DNA of 64,000 bases from Kordiimonadales bacterium (GTDB lineage Bacteria; Pseudomonadota; Alphaproteobacteria; Sphingomonadales; Kordiimonadaceae). The stretch spans positions 34 through 64,033 of the forward strand of contig NVTU01000005.1 in the NCBI GenBank assembly GCA_002401685.1. The letters run 5' to 3'. The position numbers and the translations under genes were made by a program. The notes beneath the pieces are model-generated. The model made no database searches, was not told the DNA's origin, and saw nothing but the letters and a program-made list of their open reading frames with translations. Positions 20,200-30,638 of this stretch are shown here, one piece after another. How positions within the stretch are numbered: the stretch's first letter is position 1; every line of letters begins with the position of its first letter.

Positions 20200-23100
20200 A
20201 TGACAGGCATCATCAAGGCGGTTCTTGGCCCTACCAATACCGGTAAAACCCATTATGCGGTTGAGCGTATGCTTGGCTATGCGTCGGGCGTTATGGGCTT
20301 TCCGCTTCGGCTGCTTGCGCGGGAAATTTATGACCGGGTGGTGGCGATCAAGGGCAAGAACCAGGTAGCGCTGCTAACGGGGGAAGAGCGCATTGTGCCT
20401 GAAGGCGCGCGCTATTTCATGTGTACAGCTGAGGCCATGCCGCGCCATGCGTCGGTTGATTTTGTCGCCATTGACGAAATCCAGATGGCAGCTGACCCCC
20501 AGCGCGGCCATATTTTCACCGAGCATCTGCTGCATACAAGGGGCCGCTACGAGACGCTATTTTTGGGCGCGGCCACCATGCGCAACCTGATCGTTAAGCT
20601 GGTCCCTGACGTGGAAATCCTCTACCGCGAACGTTTTTCGACCCTCAGTCACGTTAGGCCTGCCAAAATATCGCGCCTGCCAAGCCGCAGTGCAGTGATT
20701 GGATTTTCTGCAAGCGATGTGTACGGCCTGGCTGAATTGTTCAAGCGCCAAAAAGGTGGGGCTGCGATTGTGATGGGGGCATTGTCGCCGCGTACCCGTA
20801 ATGCGCAGGTGGAAATGTACCAATCGGGCGAAGTTGATTTCCTCGTGGCGACAGATGCAATCGGCATGGGGCTTAACTTGGATCTTAGCCATGTGGCCTT
20901 TTCTAGCCTTACCAAGTTTGATGGCCGCACCTTCCGGGATTTGTCTGCGGCTGAGGCCGCGCAGATCGCTGGCCGTGCTGGGCGTTACAAAACAGACGGC
21001 ACTTTCTCCACTCTTGGTAGTGGTGAAGGCGAGGCCATGGATCCGATGCTGATAGGGCAAATTGAAGACCACCAGTTTGAGCCCGTGCGGCAGATATACT
21101 GGCGGAATCGGCGATTGAACTATACGACGATTCCGCGTCTTATCCGGTCGCTTGAGGAAAAAACCGATACAGACGGCCTTGCGCGTACCTTTGGTGGTGT
21201 GGATTTTTCAGCACTGAAGGCACTGGCAAACGATCCGGAAATTGAAGGTTTGGCGACGCATAAAGAGGCCGTTGAGCGCCTGTGGAATGTCTGCCAAATA
21301 CCGGATTTCCGCCGTTTATCCCCTGAGGACCATTACGGCGTGCTGCGCCGTATATATGTGGACTTAATGGGACCATCTGGAAAAATCCCGCATGACTGGA
21401 TCGCAAGGCAGGTTAAGCGCCTTGACAATACCGACGGTGATATAGATACCTTGGCCGGTCGAATTGCCAGTATCCGTATATGGACGTACGTTTCACATCG
21501 GAAAGGCTGGCTTGCAGACGCGGCCCATTGGGCCCATGTAACCCGCAGTATTGAGGACAGATTGTCCGATGCACTGCACGAGAAATTAACCCAGCGGTTT
21601 GTAGATCGGCGCACTGCCGTTCTCATGCGCTCGCTTAGGCAAAGGGACGCACTTAGCGTGAGCATTGATTCTGAGACTAATCAGGTTTCTGTCGAAGGAC
21701 ACGAAATCGGTGAACTTAACGGCTTTTCTTTCCGTGTCGATAAAGACAGCACACGAGATGACAAGAAAATGCTGGAAAATGCAGCAACGCAAGCGTTGCA
21801 GATCGAGCTGACCAGGCGGGCAAAGATATTTGCCAATGTCGGTTATAAAACGCTCGCGTTTGATTTCAGCGAAGGCCTGAATAAACCGGTTCTCACATGG
21901 GAAGGCGCAACTGTTGCGACTGTGCATGATAGCGGGGCGCTTTTTGCGCCGCGCGTGAAACTGGTTCAGGATACTTTGCTTCAGGACGCCAATGCTGATC
22001 TGGTGCTGGGTAAAATTCAGGAATGGCTCGACGAGCGCATCACTGAGAAAATGGACCCGCTGGTTAAGCTTGCGCAGGAACTGAACGGCGAGATTGAAGC
22101 TCCCGAAGATGCAGCGCCCTTGTCGGGCCTTGCACGCGGCGTGGCTTTCCGCCTTCTCGAGCATTACGGCGTTATGTCACGCGAGCATGTTGCAGAAGAT
22201 ATGAAAGCGCTTGATCAGGACGCCCGTAAGGGTCTTCGCCGCTTCGGTATCCGTATAGGTGCCTCCAGCCTCTATATGCCGTTTGTAATGAAGCCGCACG
22301 CCACTGAAATGCGCCTCGCCATGTGGGCGATGGCTGCAGACAAGGCTGGCACTTACAAAGCCGAAACATTGAAAATCCCGACGCCGGGTATGGTGTGGGT
22401 TGAAGTTGTTGACGGTGCGCCAAACGAATTTTACGAGATTGCGGGCTTTATGCCGTGCGGCAAAAAAGCTGTACGCATGGATATGCTTGAACGGTTGGCC
22501 GATGCGGTTCGCCCGCTTGGCCAAAATGCAGGCACTGCCGCTAAGGGTTGGTTTGAAGTTACCCCTGAGATTATGGGTCTCGTTGGGCTCTCAGGCGAAG
22601 ACTTTGCTGGCGTGATGAAAGCGGCTGGCTATAAAAACGAAGTGCGTAAGATTTCGCCTGTGAAGGCCGAAGTTCCTGTGGAAGAAAAAGTACCAGAGGC
22701 ACCTGATGCCCCTGCTGCGGCAGAGAGCACAGAAGCAGTGGTTGCTGAAGCTCCTACTGAGGGTGCTGAGGTTCCTGCATCAGCGGAAGAAGCTGCGACC
22801 GAGACTGCTGCTGAAAGCGAAGCAACTCCGGATACCGCAGAGCCTGTTGCTGAAAAATCCGACGTAGTGGCGGATACCGCTCCCACAGAAACGTCCGAAG
22901 AAACTGCTGAGGCTACTCCTGTTACTGAAGCGGCTGAAATTGAAACAGCCGTTGAGGCCGTGACTGAAGCGGCTAAAGACGCTGAACCAGAAAGCTCTCT
23001 CGCGACAGAAGGCAATGTTGACGCAAAAGTAGATGATGAAGCGGCCGAGTTAGTTGACCGATTCTTTTTTGCCTGGGCGCCGAAGCGTAAGCCGCGTCCT

Positions 23101-23373
23101 CACAGTGGGCCACAGAACCGCAGTCGTCAGGGTCAAGGGCAAGAGCAAGGGCAATCTCCGGAGCGTGAAGGCCAAGGCCCCCGCAAAAGAGGCAACGATA
23201 AGACACGCGGTGGTAAGCCGGGTGGCCGTTCGTTCTCAAGCAAAGGCAATAGCAATTTCAAAGGCAAGCCGAATAAGCCGTCTCGCCCGCCGAAGCGCGA
23301 GAAGGTCGCCGATCCAGATTCGCCTTTTGCAGCACTTGCAGGGCTAAAAAGCGCGCTAGAGAAAAAGAAATAG
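20200..23373 (+). CDS. SUV3/MgpS-like ATP-dependent helicase
   Basis: LGPTNTGKT, IDEIQ, ATDAIGMGLN, QIAGRAGR; Ala/Glu-rich low-complexity linker; DPDSPFAALA C-terminus. Confidence 0.93.
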   Translation: MTGIIKAVLGPTNTGKTHYAVERMLGYASGVMGFPLRLLAREIYDRVVAIKGKNQVALLTGEERIVPEGARYFMCTAEAMPRHASVDFVAIDEIQMAADPQRGHIFTEHLLHTRGRYETLFLGAATMRNLIVKLVPDVEILYRERFSTLSHVRPAKISRLPSRSAVIGFSASDVYGLAELFKRQKGGAAIVMGALSPRTRNAQVEMYQSGEVDFLVATDAIGMGLNLDLSHVAFSSLTKFDGRTFRDLSAAEAAQIAGRAGRYKTDGTFSTLGSGEGEAMDPMLIGQIEDHQFEPVRQIYWRNRRLNYTTIPRLIRSLEEKTDTDGLARTFGGVDFSALKALANDPEIEGLATHKEAVERLWNVCQIPDFRRLSPEDHYGVLRRIYVDLMGPSGKIPHDWIARQVKRLDNTDGDIDTLAGRIASIRIWTYVSHRKGWLADAAHWAHVTRSIEDRLSDALHEKLTQRFVDRRTAVLMRSLRQRDALSVSIDSETNQVSVEGHEIGELNGFSFRVDKDSTRDDKKMLENAATQALQIELTRRAKIFANVGYKTLAFDFSEGLNKPVLTWEGATVATVHDSGALFAPRVKLVQDTLLQDANADLVLGKIQEWLDERITEKMDPLVKLAQELNGEIEAPEDAAPLSGLARGVAFRLLEHYGVMSREHVAEDMKALDQDARKGLRRFGIRIGASSLYMPFVMKPHATEMRLAMWAMAADKAGTYKAETLKIPTPGMVWVEVVDGAPNEFYEIAGFMPCGKKAVRMDMLERLADAVRPLGQNAGTAAKGWFEVTPEIMGLVGLSGEDFAGVMKAAGYKNEVRKISPVKAEVPVEEKVPEAPDAPAAAESTEAVVAEAPTEGAEVPASAEEAATETAAESEATPDTAEPVAEKSDVVADTAPTETSEETAEATPVTEAAEIETAVEAVTEAAKDAEPESSLATEGNVDAKVDDEAAELVDRFFFAWAPKRKPRPHSGPQNRSRQGQGQEQGQSPEREGQGPRKRGNDKTRGGKPGGRSFSSKGNSNFKGKPNKPSRPPKREKVADPDSPFAALAGLKSALEKKK

Positions 23374-23379
23374 TGGCTG

Positions 23380-23790
23380 GTGCCGGATACTGACAGGGCG
23401 AACACTGATACAGGGGCGAAGTTACGGCTGGATAAATGGCTGTGGCACGCCCGCTTTTTCAAAACCCGGTCCCTTGCCTCTAAAGTGTGTAAAGCCAATA
23501 AGGTGCGAATTAACGGTACTATTGCGCAGAAATCCAGCGCGACGGTGAAGGTTGGTGACATGCTTACTTTCCCGCAAGCCAACCAGATTAAAGTGGTAAA
23601 GCTGCTCGATCTAGGCACATGCCGGGGTCCTGCCAGTGAAGCGCAGCTCTTGTATGATGACCAATCACCAAAAATTGAAAAGGCCAGTGCTATAGCAGCT
23701 GGAGAGCTTTCCGGCATGCGTGATCAGGGCGCTGGGCGGCCTACAAAAGCCGAGCGTCGCGCAATAACTAAACTGCACGGCAAGGATTGA
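23380..23790 (+). CDS. hslR: S4-domain ribosome-associated heat shock protein Hsp15
   Basis: RLDKWLWHARFFKTRSLA and GRPTKAERR. Confidence 0.92.
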   Translation: MPDTDRANTDTGAKLRLDKWLWHARFFKTRSLASKVCKANKVRINGTIAQKSSATVKVGDMLTFPQANQIKVVKLLDLGTCRGPASEAQLLYDDQSPKIEKASAIAAGELSGMRDQGAGRPTKAERRAITKLHGKD

Positions 23791-23897
23791 TTGCCTGATC
23801 CTCATTAAAAACCGTTGCTCAGTAAGCATCTTTTGGGCATAAAGCGATAAAACCAAAACAGTCAGGAAGGTTTTGGTGTGTAAGAGGAGAATACCCC

Positions 23898-24233
23898 GTG
23901 ACGTATATTGTCGTCGAGGCCTGCATTAAATGTAAACGGATGGACTGTGTAGAAGTATGCCCGGTGGACTGCTTCTATGAAGGTGAAAACATGCTGGTTA
24001 TTAACCCAAACGAATGCATTGATTGCGGCGTTTGTGAACCAGAGTGCCCAGAAGAAGCTATTTTACCTGATACAGAGGATGGCCTTGAGAAGATGCTTGA
24101 GGTTAATACCAAATGGTCTGAAATTTGGCCAAACATCACTGTTAAGGGTGAAGAACCTGCTGATGCAGATGACTGGGCTGGTAAAGAAAACAAGATGGAG
24201 CAATTCTCTGAAGCGCCTGGCGCCGGTAGTTAA
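23898..24233 (+). CDS. fdxA: 7Fe ferredoxin
   Basis: [18 protein letters not shown] and [12 protein letters not shown]. Confidence 0.96.
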   Translation: MTYIVVEACIKCKRMDCVEVCPVDCFYEGENMLVINPNECIDCGVCEPECPEEAILPDTEDGLEKMLEVNTKWSEIWPNITVKGEEPADADDWAGKENKMEQFSEAPGAGS

Positions 24234-24282
24234 TTAATCGGACGGCAGCCTCTTAAGGTGTTGTTAGCAATGCGAATCATTA

Positions 24283-24310
24283 AACCGGGTGCTGGACGCC
24301 CGGTTTTTTT
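24283..24310 (+). terminator. Intrinsic terminator after fdxA
   Basis: AAACCGGGTG-ctgga-CGCCCGGTTTTTTT. Confidence 0.85.
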
Positions 24311-24705
24311 ATGTGGGCTTCCTATTCTACCCAAGCGGTTAAAAAATCGTGAATATCCCGAGGTTTAGCTGATTTTAGGGGTTTTCTTGGCTCAAGGGCT
24401 ACATTTTTGCCGAAAAATGTGTTATACATAAGTTGATGTGACGCTTTTGCGCCCATGAGGACAGGGTGCGTGTGAGGGTGGTAACCACCACCAATTTTAA
24501 TAAGTTTGCTGTAGATTTAACGTGGTTTTGACCCTGGAAGGGGTTTCTACGGGACAATGTGGCAGCGTATTCGTGGGTTTTGTCTGTGAAGGATAAATCC
24601 CGGGGGTTTCCGCGACCTAAACCAATTATGGTTGCGTATGAAACCGATTGCCGCCAGGGAGCGAGCGCGGCGTATAATTAGTTAGTAGGAAGGATTTATT
24701 TCACT

Positions 24706-25206
24706 ATGGCAAAATCTAGTAAACTCGAATTTTCTATCGGCGATTATATTGTTTACCCTAAGCATGGCGTGGGCAAAATCACCGAACTTGAAACGCAGGA
24801 AATCGCAGGCATGGTGCTTGAGCTTTATGTTGTGCGCTTTGAAAAAGAACGTATGACCTTGCGTGTACCAACGAATAAAGCAGAAATTAGCGGCATGCGC
24901 CGGCTATCCTCTAATGCGACGCTGAAAGAAGCCTTCATTACATTGAAGGGCCGTGCGCGCATCAAGCGGACCATGTGGTCCCGTCGGGCGCAAGAATATG
25001 AAGCCAAGATCAACAGTGGTGATTTGGTTTCAATTGCAGAAGTTGTGCGTGATCTGCACCGCGGTGAAGATCAGCCTGAGCAATCTTATAGTGAGCGCCA
25101 GATCTACGAAAGTGCGTTAGGACGTTTGGCAAGGGAGCTTGCTGCTGTCGAGGAAATCGACGAAGAAGCAGCGATGACGAAGCTCGAAAATGAGCTGGTA
25201 GCTTAA
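24706..25206 (+). CDS. carD: CarD/CdnL transcription factor
   Basis: VYPKHGVG, MTLRVP, MWSRRAQEYEAKINSG, QSYSERQIYE. Confidence 0.96.
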   Translation: MAKSSKLEFSIGDYIVYPKHGVGKITELETQEIAGMVLELYVVRFEKERMTLRVPTNKAEISGMRRLSSNATLKEAFITLKGRARIKRTMWSRRAQEYEAKINSGDLVSIAEVVRDLHRGEDQPEQSYSERQIYESALGRLARELAAVEEIDEEAAMTKLENELVA

Positions 25207-25242
25207 ACGAATCTTTTCGTTCTAGGATGCCAAGTCTAAATT

Positions 25243-25275
25243 AGACCCGTTCCAGTTTTTGGAGCGGGTTTTTTT
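25243..25275 (+). terminator. Intrinsic terminator after carD
   Basis: AGACCCGTTCCA...TGGAGCGGGTTT followed by a T-run. Confidence 0.85.
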
Positions 25276-25507
25276 ATTGGGTATATTCACCAACGCAATC
25301 CGCTAACAACCTCTAGGGATTGCCAGATTTGGGCCGTACGTAATTTTGTTGCGCATACACCAAAAATAAATACCTAATATGTGAAAAAAAAGGCTGCTTT
25401 TTTCGTAGAAATGGTCATAATGCATGTGATTAATCAGGTGCATTAAAATGGTAGCTGAAAAAACTAACTTCGGACCCATTGGGTACACCATTTGTTAGGA
25501 GGCTGAT

Positions 25508-26389
25508 TTGGCGCGAGGAAACTGGGCTACTGCAGAAGACAGGAAGTTAATTCGTCACGCCATGCGCGCACCCATGCTAGAGCGCCAAGAAGAAGCCGAT
25601 CTGGCGATAAGCTGGCAACAAGAGCGAGACGAGTATGCGCTACAGAAGCTTACGGAAAGCCATCTTCGCCTTGCTATTGCCTCAGCCAGTAAATATCGGC
25701 ATTACGGCCTGCCGACAGCAGACCTAATTCAAGAAGGTACGGTTGGGTTGATGGAAGCCGCTTACCGCTTTGAAACGTCCCGTGAAGTACGCTTTTCTAC
25801 TTACGCCAATTGGTGGGTACGCGCCGCAGTACAAGACTATGTGCTTCGTAATTGGTCGATCGTACGAACCGGAACCACCTCTGCTCACAAATCCCTGTTC
25901 TTCAACCTCAAGCGTCTGAAAGCACGGATGGGCGTGGACCCAGACCGTCCTCTTTCGTTTAACGCGCGCACAACGATTGCTGATGAGATGGGCGTGAAAT
26001 TGCGAGATGTAGAAGCAATGGAAGGCCGAATGACGGCCAATGATCGTTCCCTAAACGCACCAGTCGCGGATGAAAGCGCGCAAGAATGGCAGGACCTCCT
26101 GGTATCTGATGCGCCTCAGCCTGAAGCAGTTGTTATGGAAAAGCGCGACGGCAACAAGAAGGCAGAACTCATTGAAATGGCAATGAAAGGCCTGACCGAC
26201 AGAGAAACTTTCATCATCCGCGAACGGCAGCTGAAAGAGGACGGTGTTACTCTCGCTGTTCTTGGGGGTCAGCTAGGGATCTCCAAAGAGCGTGTCCGGC
26301 AGCTAGAAGCCCAAGCGCTTGGTAAGTTGAAGCAAGGGCTCATTCGCCTTGTTGGTGACCCTGTGTTGGCGGGCCTTGCCGAAGGCTAA
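25508..26389 (+). CDS. rpoH2: RNA polymerase sigma-32 family factor (RpoH2 type)
   Basis: DLIQEG, RFSTYANWW, RpoH box-like NWSIVRTGTTSAHKSLFFNL, ISKERVRQLE; TTG start after AGGAGG; follows carD. Confidence 0.9.
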   Translation: MARGNWATAEDRKLIRHAMRAPMLERQEEADLAISWQQERDEYALQKLTESHLRLAIASASKYRHYGLPTADLIQEGTVGLMEAAYRFETSREVRFSTYANWWVRAAVQDYVLRNWSIVRTGTTSAHKSLFFNLKRLKARMGVDPDRPLSFNARTTIADEMGVKLRDVEAMEGRMTANDRSLNAPVADESAQEWQDLLVSDAPQPEAVVMEKRDGNKKAELIEMAMKGLTDRETFIIRERQLKEDGVTLAVLGGQLGISKERVRQLEAQALGKLKQGLIRLVGDPVLAGLAEG

Positions 26390-26522
26390 GGTTGCCGCTC
26401 ACTCTATTATCACTCTCAGATATATTGGCCTAAGTCCTGGCCCAATAAATGCTGTGCGACAGCCGATTCGTTTTGGCAGTTACCGCAGGCCAAGTGTTGT
26501 TGCGCGCACTTAAGCACCCCAC

Positions 26523-26554
26523 AAACCATTCTCCACGCCTCGAAACCGTTCATC
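26523..26554 (+). promoter_or_regulatory. Candidate LytTR direct-repeat binding site
   Basis: AAACCATTC (26523) and AAACCGTTCATC (26543); the second resembles the AlgR-type ACCGTTCGTC site. Lies upstream of the hydrolase next to a LytS/LytTR pair. Confidence 0.45.
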
Positions 26555-26663
26555 ACTTAATCAGATCATGCTGTCTTATTAGCCCTATTGTTAGCCGATA
26601 ACTTGCAAAGCCCTTTCAAGCGGGGAGTTGCCAGATATAAAATTATAACAATAAGGACAGGCG

Positions 26664-27530
26664 ATGAAGAATTTACTGATAGCGCTTCTGGCAGTTTTAG
26701 CGGGTAGCCATGCGGCAATTGCAGGAAACCCCCACTCGTTTGATGTAAAGGTTTCAGGTAAAGGCCCGGTTATGATCATGATTCCCGGCCTAAATTCAGC
26801 GGGTGCAACGTGGGATACTACGGTTGAAAAATATAGGGGTAGTTACCAAACACATGTGCTCACTTTGCCGGGTTTTGCAGGCCAAGCCGAAACTATTAGC
26901 GAGAATTTTACTCAAAGCATGCGGGATGAAATCATCCAATACATTCGCTCAGAAAATATTGAGCAGCCCATATTAGTAGGCCACAGTTTGGGAGGGTTTC
27001 TTGCACTCCAAATTGCGATTGCTGAACCCAGTTTGACATCGAAGCTTGTGATCGTTGATAGCCTGCCATTCCTTCCGGCAATCATGATCCCTGGAGCCAC
27101 ACTGGAAAGTACAGCGCCAATGGCACAGCAGATGCGGTCAAGCATGCAAGCACAGTCACAGGAAGAGTATAAGAAAACGGCGCATCAGTATCTGGGCAAT
27201 ATGACCAACAGCGCTGAAAAAACGAACTTGATTTTCGAATGGGGTGTTGCGTCGAGCCGTAAAGTTTCCGGACAGGCTATGTATGAGCTATTCACTACAG
27301 ATCTGCGGGACGATATTGCGGCCATCAAAACACCGACGCTAGTACTTGGTGCATGGATAGCCTTCAAAAATTACGGTGCAACGCGCGAGAACACATTAGC
27401 GAAATATGAAGCTCAGTATGCAAAATTGAAGAATGCTAAGGTTGTGATGACGGATATCGGAAAGCACTTCATCATGTGGGATGACCCAGATTTCTTCTTT
27501 GGCGAAATCGATAGGTTTCTTAAGGGGTAA
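26664..27530 (+). CDS. Secreted alpha/beta hydrolase
   Basis: Signal peptide; IPGL oxyanion loop; GHSLGG nucleophile elbow; KHFIMWD catalytic His. Confidence 0.92.
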   Translation: MKNLLIALLAVLAGSHAAIAGNPHSFDVKVSGKGPVMIMIPGLNSAGATWDTTVEKYRGSYQTHVLTLPGFAGQAETISENFTQSMRDEIIQYIRSENIEQPILVGHSLGGFLALQIAIAEPSLTSKLVIVDSLPFLPAIMIPGATLESTAPMAQQMRSSMQAQSQEEYKKTAHQYLGNMTNSAEKTNLIFEWGVASSRKVSGQAMYELFTTDLRDDIAAIKTPTLVLGAWIAFKNYGATRENTLAKYEAQYAKLKNAKVVMTDIGKHFIMWDDPDFFFGEIDRFLKG

Positions 27531-27545
27531 TCGCGACTATTGTGC

Positions 27546-27577
27546 GTATGAGGGTGGGTTCCAATCTATCCTCATAC
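27546..27577 (+). terminator. Hairpin after the hydrolase gene
   Basis: GTATGAGGGTGGGTT-cc-AATCTATCCTCATAC (with G-U pairs), weak T tail. Confidence 0.5.
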
Positions 27578-27666
27578 ATGTTTTGCTGAAAGAACCGGCA
27601 CCCTGGAGCAAACCATGACGGCCCTTCCGCTTGTCTCCGCACCAAAAGCCCCGCTAAACTGATGGA

Positions 27667-28752
27667 ATGATCGTGATTAAAACCTCTTTCTTAAAACCCG
27701 CTTCCAATCGCTACTGGACGCTACAGGCCTGTGGCTGGACAGCATTTCTATTTGTAAATCTCGCTATCACGGCGGGATTTACAGGAATTGAAACCATTTC
27801 TGTGGTCGGTTATATCAATGTCTCGGTTGTGGGCCTTCTCACGTCTCACGGTGTTCGCGGCTTCATTATCCGAGGTGATTGGGCGCGTCGCAGCGCATTT
27901 ATCATTGCAAGAAATATCCTTATGACTGCAGTTATTGGGGCTGCTTTATGGGGTTTGGTTTCGCTTAGCATCAATAATCAACTTTACACCAAGATCGCTG
28001 GTTATCAGGGACTTTCCCTTGTTTTGGCGCTGACCATTACGTTCCAATTTATGGTAATGCTGTTGGTGTGGCAGGGTATTTATCTGGTGACGATACTCCT
28101 GCGGAATAGCAAACAGGCAGAGCAAGACAAATGGAACCTAGTGGTTGCCGCAAAAGACGCCCAACTGATGGCGTTGAAGGCCCAGATAAATCCGCACTTT
28201 CTGTTCAATGCACTCAATAGCATAAGGGCGCTGGTCCTTGAACAACCAGAGGTAAGCCGCGAAATGATCTCCCGGCTTTCAGCCATGTTTCGCTACAACC
28301 TCAGTTTCGCCGCAGAAAAAAGCGTGCCGCTTACTGAAGAGATTAAGGTTACGGAACATTATTTGGCATTGGAAAAGGTTCGGTTTGAGGACCGCTTGTT
28401 GGTAACATGGAATCTGGCGGATGACATAGATGACTTTCTCATTCCCCCCCTTACTTTGCAGACGTTGGTTGAAAATGCCGTCAATCACGGTATCGCAAGG
28501 CTGCCGCAAGGTGGCGAAATTGCTATTATCATTTCAGGCGATCCGAGTAGCGTATGCATCAAGGTACGCAACCAAGGTCATTTGAAGCCGAACAAAGGCG
28601 CTTCGGGCAGATCTGGCTTTGGCATTGGCCTGAAAAATACGCAGGAACGCGTACGTATTTTTTATGGGGACCGAGCTAAGGTATCCTTGGAGCAGGTCGG
28701 CGTTTATGTTGAAGCTAAAATGATTTTACCGAAAGTAGACCGTGAGACTTAA
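27667..28752 (+). CDS. LytS/YehU-type sensor histidine kinase
   Basis: N-terminal TM helices; LKAQINPHFLFNALNSI, LQTLVENAVNHG, GIGLKN. Confidence 0.94.
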   Translation: MIVIKTSFLKPASNRYWTLQACGWTAFLFVNLAITAGFTGIETISVVGYINVSVVGLLTSHGVRGFIIRGDWARRSAFIIARNILMTAVIGAALWGLVSLSINNQLYTKIAGYQGLSLVLALTITFQFMVMLLVWQGIYLVTILLRNSKQAEQDKWNLVVAAKDAQLMALKAQINPHFLFNALNSIRALVLEQPEVSREMISRLSAMFRYNLSFAAEKSVPLTEEIKVTEHYLALEKVRFEDRLLVTWNLADDIDDFLIPPLTLQTLVENAVNHGIARLPQGGEIAIIISGDPSSVCIKVRNQGHLKPNKGASGRSGFGIGLKNTQERVRIFYGDRAKVSLEQVGVYVEAKMILPKVDRET

Positions 28753-29470
28753 AGCCCTGATTGTCGATGACGAGCGCTTGGCGCGCAAGGAACTGAAGCA
28801 TTTGCTTTCGGAAATCGACGCTGATGTCGAAGTGTTAGAGGAGGCTGATAATAGCGATGCAGCCCAAGCATTGATCGAAAACCAACATTTTGATCTTGTT
28901 TTTCTCGATATTCAGATGCCCGGAAGAAACGGTTTTGAGCTGTTGGACGACCTATCCGTTTGCCCGCCGGTTATATTTACAACAGCTTATGATCAGTACG
29001 CCTTAGCTGCCTTTGAGGCGAATGCCATCGACTATTTGCTCAAGCCAATTGAAAATGACCGCCTGAAGGCCGCGATCGAGAAGGCTGCGACTGCTGGCTA
29101 CATTGAGACATCGTCAAATAAAATAGCGCAGGCCGAAGACTACCGTGACCATATTTTTATTAAAGACGGCGAGATATGTTGGTATGTGGCGCTAACCGAC
29201 CTTATTGCCTTTGGCTCGGAAGGGAATTACTGCCGCGTCTATATGGCGGATGCAGAGCCGCTGATCAGAAAGTCGCTTAACCAGTTACAAGACAAACTCA
29301 ATACTGATCAGTTTTTTAGAATCAGCCGCCAACACATAATCAATTTGCGTAAGATTACTTCTGTGGCTGTATCGGAGGCGGATACGCTTGAGGTTACCAT
29401 GGAAAACGGCCTGACATTAGAAATGTCACGGCGTCAGTCGCAAGCCTTCAGGGAAAAAATGAGCTTTTAG
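28742..29470 (+). CDS. LytTR family response regulator
   Basis: IVDDE, FLDIQMP, FTTAYD, DYLLKP receiver domain; FFRISRQHIIN and SRR LytTR domain. Confidence 0.95.
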   Translation: MRLKALIVDDERLARKELKHLLSEIDADVEVLEEADNSDAAQALIENQHFDLVFLDIQMPGRNGFELLDDLSVCPPVIFTTAYDQYALAAFEANAIDYLLKPIENDRLKAAIEKAATAGYIETSSNKIAQAEDYRDHIFIKDGEICWYVALTDLIAFGSEGNYCRVYMADAEPLIRKSLNQLQDKLNTDQFFRISRQHIINLRKITSVAVSEADTLEVTMENGLTLEMSRRQSQAFREKMSF

Positions 29471-29485
29471 TGTATTGAATGCGGT

Positions 29486-30316
29486 TTAATCAGTGTCTGA
29501 AGCGGGTGCCTTTATTACTCTTATATGGTTAGCATTGGTCAGAATAATTTTTGGACCGCCTGCCCATTCTACCCAACCACGCGCCTCGATCCAGTTCCCT
29601 TCGAAAGACAGGGGATCAGCGCCTTGGCCTTTTAATTGTCGGTAAAGGGAACGCGGAATTTCGACAGTGAAATCGGTGTTTCTATCCACACCGAAATTAA
29701 GAAAACTTTTGGCCTTCAGCTTCTTTGCCGCTAGCACCTTTCCTCTAATAATCTGAAACCAACCCGGCCTTAAGTTGCCGTCCCTTTCCCACACAGGGCG
29801 CATGCCTTGGGTTTTCCATAACCCTGCATTGCTGTATTGGGCTACCGATTCAAATTGGTAAACTAGCGTGCTTATTTCTATTGATTTGCTACTAGGAAAA
29901 CCCATCACCGCGCCGTCCAGAAGCAATAATTCCTGTAGCCAGCTGCCATCGGCCAAAAAGACATGGGCGATGACGCGGTTCAGATAATCAAACGGCGTTG
30001 GGGTACAGAAAAGTTCAATATGCCTGCCTAATGTGAGGGTGGCTAACGTTTCCTTCGACTGCGCCGCATAAGGCCAGCTTCTAAAGGGCCCGTCCTCTGG
30101 CCAGTGTTCGGGTGCTTTTACGTCAGCCAACTTCACAATTATGCCCGTTTCCAACACCAGCTGATCCCCGCCGGATATTTCTGTCACCAGCCCAGACGTG
30201 CAAGCCTTCAATTGCTTTTTGACCGTCGTCCCGTGCTCGCTTTCAGCTGCCCGCCCCGGTGACGCGAGACAAAGAGCGGCTAGTGTCATTCCTAATATGG
30301 TTGGCCCAATTCTCAT
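29486..30316 (-). CDS. Thermonuclease (SNase-like) family protein with C-terminal OB-fold
   Basis: GDQLVL...VKLADVKAPE, DYLNRVIAHV, A....AGLW, FLNFG.D..TDFTV. ATG at 30316 chosen because the ORF-track extension overlaps the tRNA. Confidence 0.8.
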   Translation of the reverse strand: MRIGPTILGMTLAALCLASPGRAAESEHGTTVKKQLKACTSGLVTEISGGDQLVLETGIIVKLADVKAPEHWPEDGPFRSWPYAAQSKETLATLTLGRHIELFCTPTPFDYLNRVIAHVFLADGSWLQELLLLDGAVMGFPSSKSIEISTLVYQFESVAQYSNAGLWKTQGMRPVWERDGNLRPGWFQIIRGKVLAAKKLKAKSFLNFGVDRNTDFTVEIPRSLYRQLKGQGADPLSFEGNWIEARGWVEWAGGPKIILTNANHIRVIKAPASDTD

Positions 30317-30471
30317 GCGGACAGTTAGGCAGAAAACCAGTGATCCGTAAAGCAGCTTGCTATTGTCAGTGTCGACGAGCCTTAGCCTACGCTGAGTGAG
30401 CATGGCTTGGGTACTAGCACGTTGACGTACCTCCGCATTCCCGGTAAACCATTTTCTTTGCGCTAAGGTAT

Positions 30472-30548
30472 GGTCCCGTAGCTCAGTTGGATAGAGCACC
30501 AGATTCCTAATCTGGGGGCCAGTGGTTCAAATCCACTCGGGATCACCA
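30472..30548 (+). tRNA. tRNA-Arg (anticodon CCT)
   Basis: GGTCCCG acceptor stem, AGCTCAGTTGGATAGAGC D-arm, CCAGA-TTCCTAA-TCTGG anticodon arm, GTTCAAATC T-loop, encoded CCA; 77 nt. Confidence 0.97.
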
Positions 30549-30638
30549 TTTCACTGCTACGGTAGGCGGTTAACTGCCGATCGGCCCAAGATGCGGCAAC
30601 GGGTCAAATCGATAAGCGATGTCAAGAAGCTAGCAGCA

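Noticed and set aside
22660-23300. Ala/Glu/Pro-rich then basic quasi-repeats
   Set aside because: Disordered tail typical of this helicase family; no nucleotide-level periodicity seen.
25430-25496. Possible CtrA box and EcfG-like promoter before rpoH2
   Set aside because: TTAA spacing is 9 rather than 7. The GGACC-N16-TGTT candidate would place +1 downstream of the RBS.
30317-30499. N-terminal extension of the thermonuclease ORF
   Set aside because: Overlaps tRNA-Arg and its promoter; the signal-peptide-like start lies at or after 30316.
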